A stretch of 64,000 bases of DNA from an uncultured Verrucomicrobiae bacterium (GTDB lineage: Bacteria > Verrucomicrobiota > Verrucomicrobiia > Opitutales > JABDGR01). Position numbers and translations under genes: made by a program. The stretch spans positions 320,001 to 384,000 of the forward strand of contig CAVXVB010000008.1 in NCBI GenBank assembly GCA_963765205.1, read 5' to 3'. Below are positions 63,567 through 64,000 of this stretch, piece by piece. Each line of letters opens with the position of its first letter. Within the stretch, counting starts at the first letter, position 1. The notes under the pieces were generated by a model. The model saw nothing but the letters and a program-made list of their open reading frames with translations, was not told where the DNA came from and made no database searches.

Positions 63567-64000
63567 ATGAAAACGAATCCCTCGCGGCCCTCCCGCAACT
63601 TCGCGCTGTGGCTCTGGACGTTGACCGTCGTGCTGCTGCTCAGCACCTCTCCCGCGCAGGCGCACATCATTCACGGCGAACCCGTCAGCTTCCGCAGCGG
63701 TTTCCTCCATCCCCTGTCGGGCTGGGACCATATCATCGCGATGGTGGCCGTCGGCATCTGGGGCGCGCAGTTGGGCGCGCCGGCCATCTGGGTGCTGCCG
63801 GTGACGTTCCCGATGGTCATGTCGTTCGGCGGCTTCCTCGGGCTGATCCGCGTGCCGTTGCCGGGCGGCGAACATTTTGTGGAATGGGGCATCGCGCTCT
63901 CCGGCGTGACGCTGGGGGCGATGGTGCTCGGGGAAGTGCGGCCGAAGCTGTGGGTGGCGGCGTTCACGGTTGGGCTGTTCGGCCTGTGCCACGGCTACGC
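63567..64000 (+). CDS. HupE/UreJ family protein (runs off window)
   Basis: Manual translation ...AQAH...GFLHPLSGWDHIIAMVAVGIWGAQLG...GLCHGY. Confidence 0.88.
   Translation, partial: MKTNPSRPSRNFALWLWTLTVVLLLSTSPAQAHIIHGEPVSFRSGFLHPLSGWDHIIAMVAVGIWGAQLGAPAIWVLPVTFPMVMSFGGFLGLIRVPLPGGEHFVEWGIALSGVTLGAMVLGEVRPKLWVAAFTVGLFGLCHGY

Overview
GC-rich bacterial chromosomal window, probably Verrucomicrobiota/Opitutales-like (inferred from the long Chlamydia-type GreA, PEP-CTERM protein, DPxAAxAWA-repeat proteins and short RpoZ). The core genes are purE, a GntR/ABC exporter operon, gyrB-gyrA, recA, a UvrD helicase, ppk2, tRNA-Ser(CGA), trmL, smpB, rpoZ, a DEAD-box helicase, hisS, HU/IHF, a ClpX-like ATPase, ubiE/menG, a membrane PPase, dgkA, two GH78 rhamnosidases, an ECF sigma factor, greA, crtI, a fluoride riboswitch with crcB, trpA and HupE/UreJ genes. 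The accessory DNA comprises a ~5.6 kb tyrosine-integrase element in tRNA-Ser carrying an IS5-disrupted PEP-CTERM gene, a putative type II R-M pair, several intact or decaying TA modules beside GTAG-type REP hairpins, and AT-rich cassettes. The most striking unexplained signal is a family of 7-9 nt tandem arrays. They bracket a four-helix-bundle gene between gyrB and gyrA as a 23-bp perfect inverted repeat. They also recur as empty inverted pairs, end 0-6 nt before the ATG of six conserved genes, and sit in frame inside three enzyme genes. At least four single-base frameshifts in conserved genes look like sequencing or assembly indels. All product calls come from motif recognition by eye; no database searches were run.
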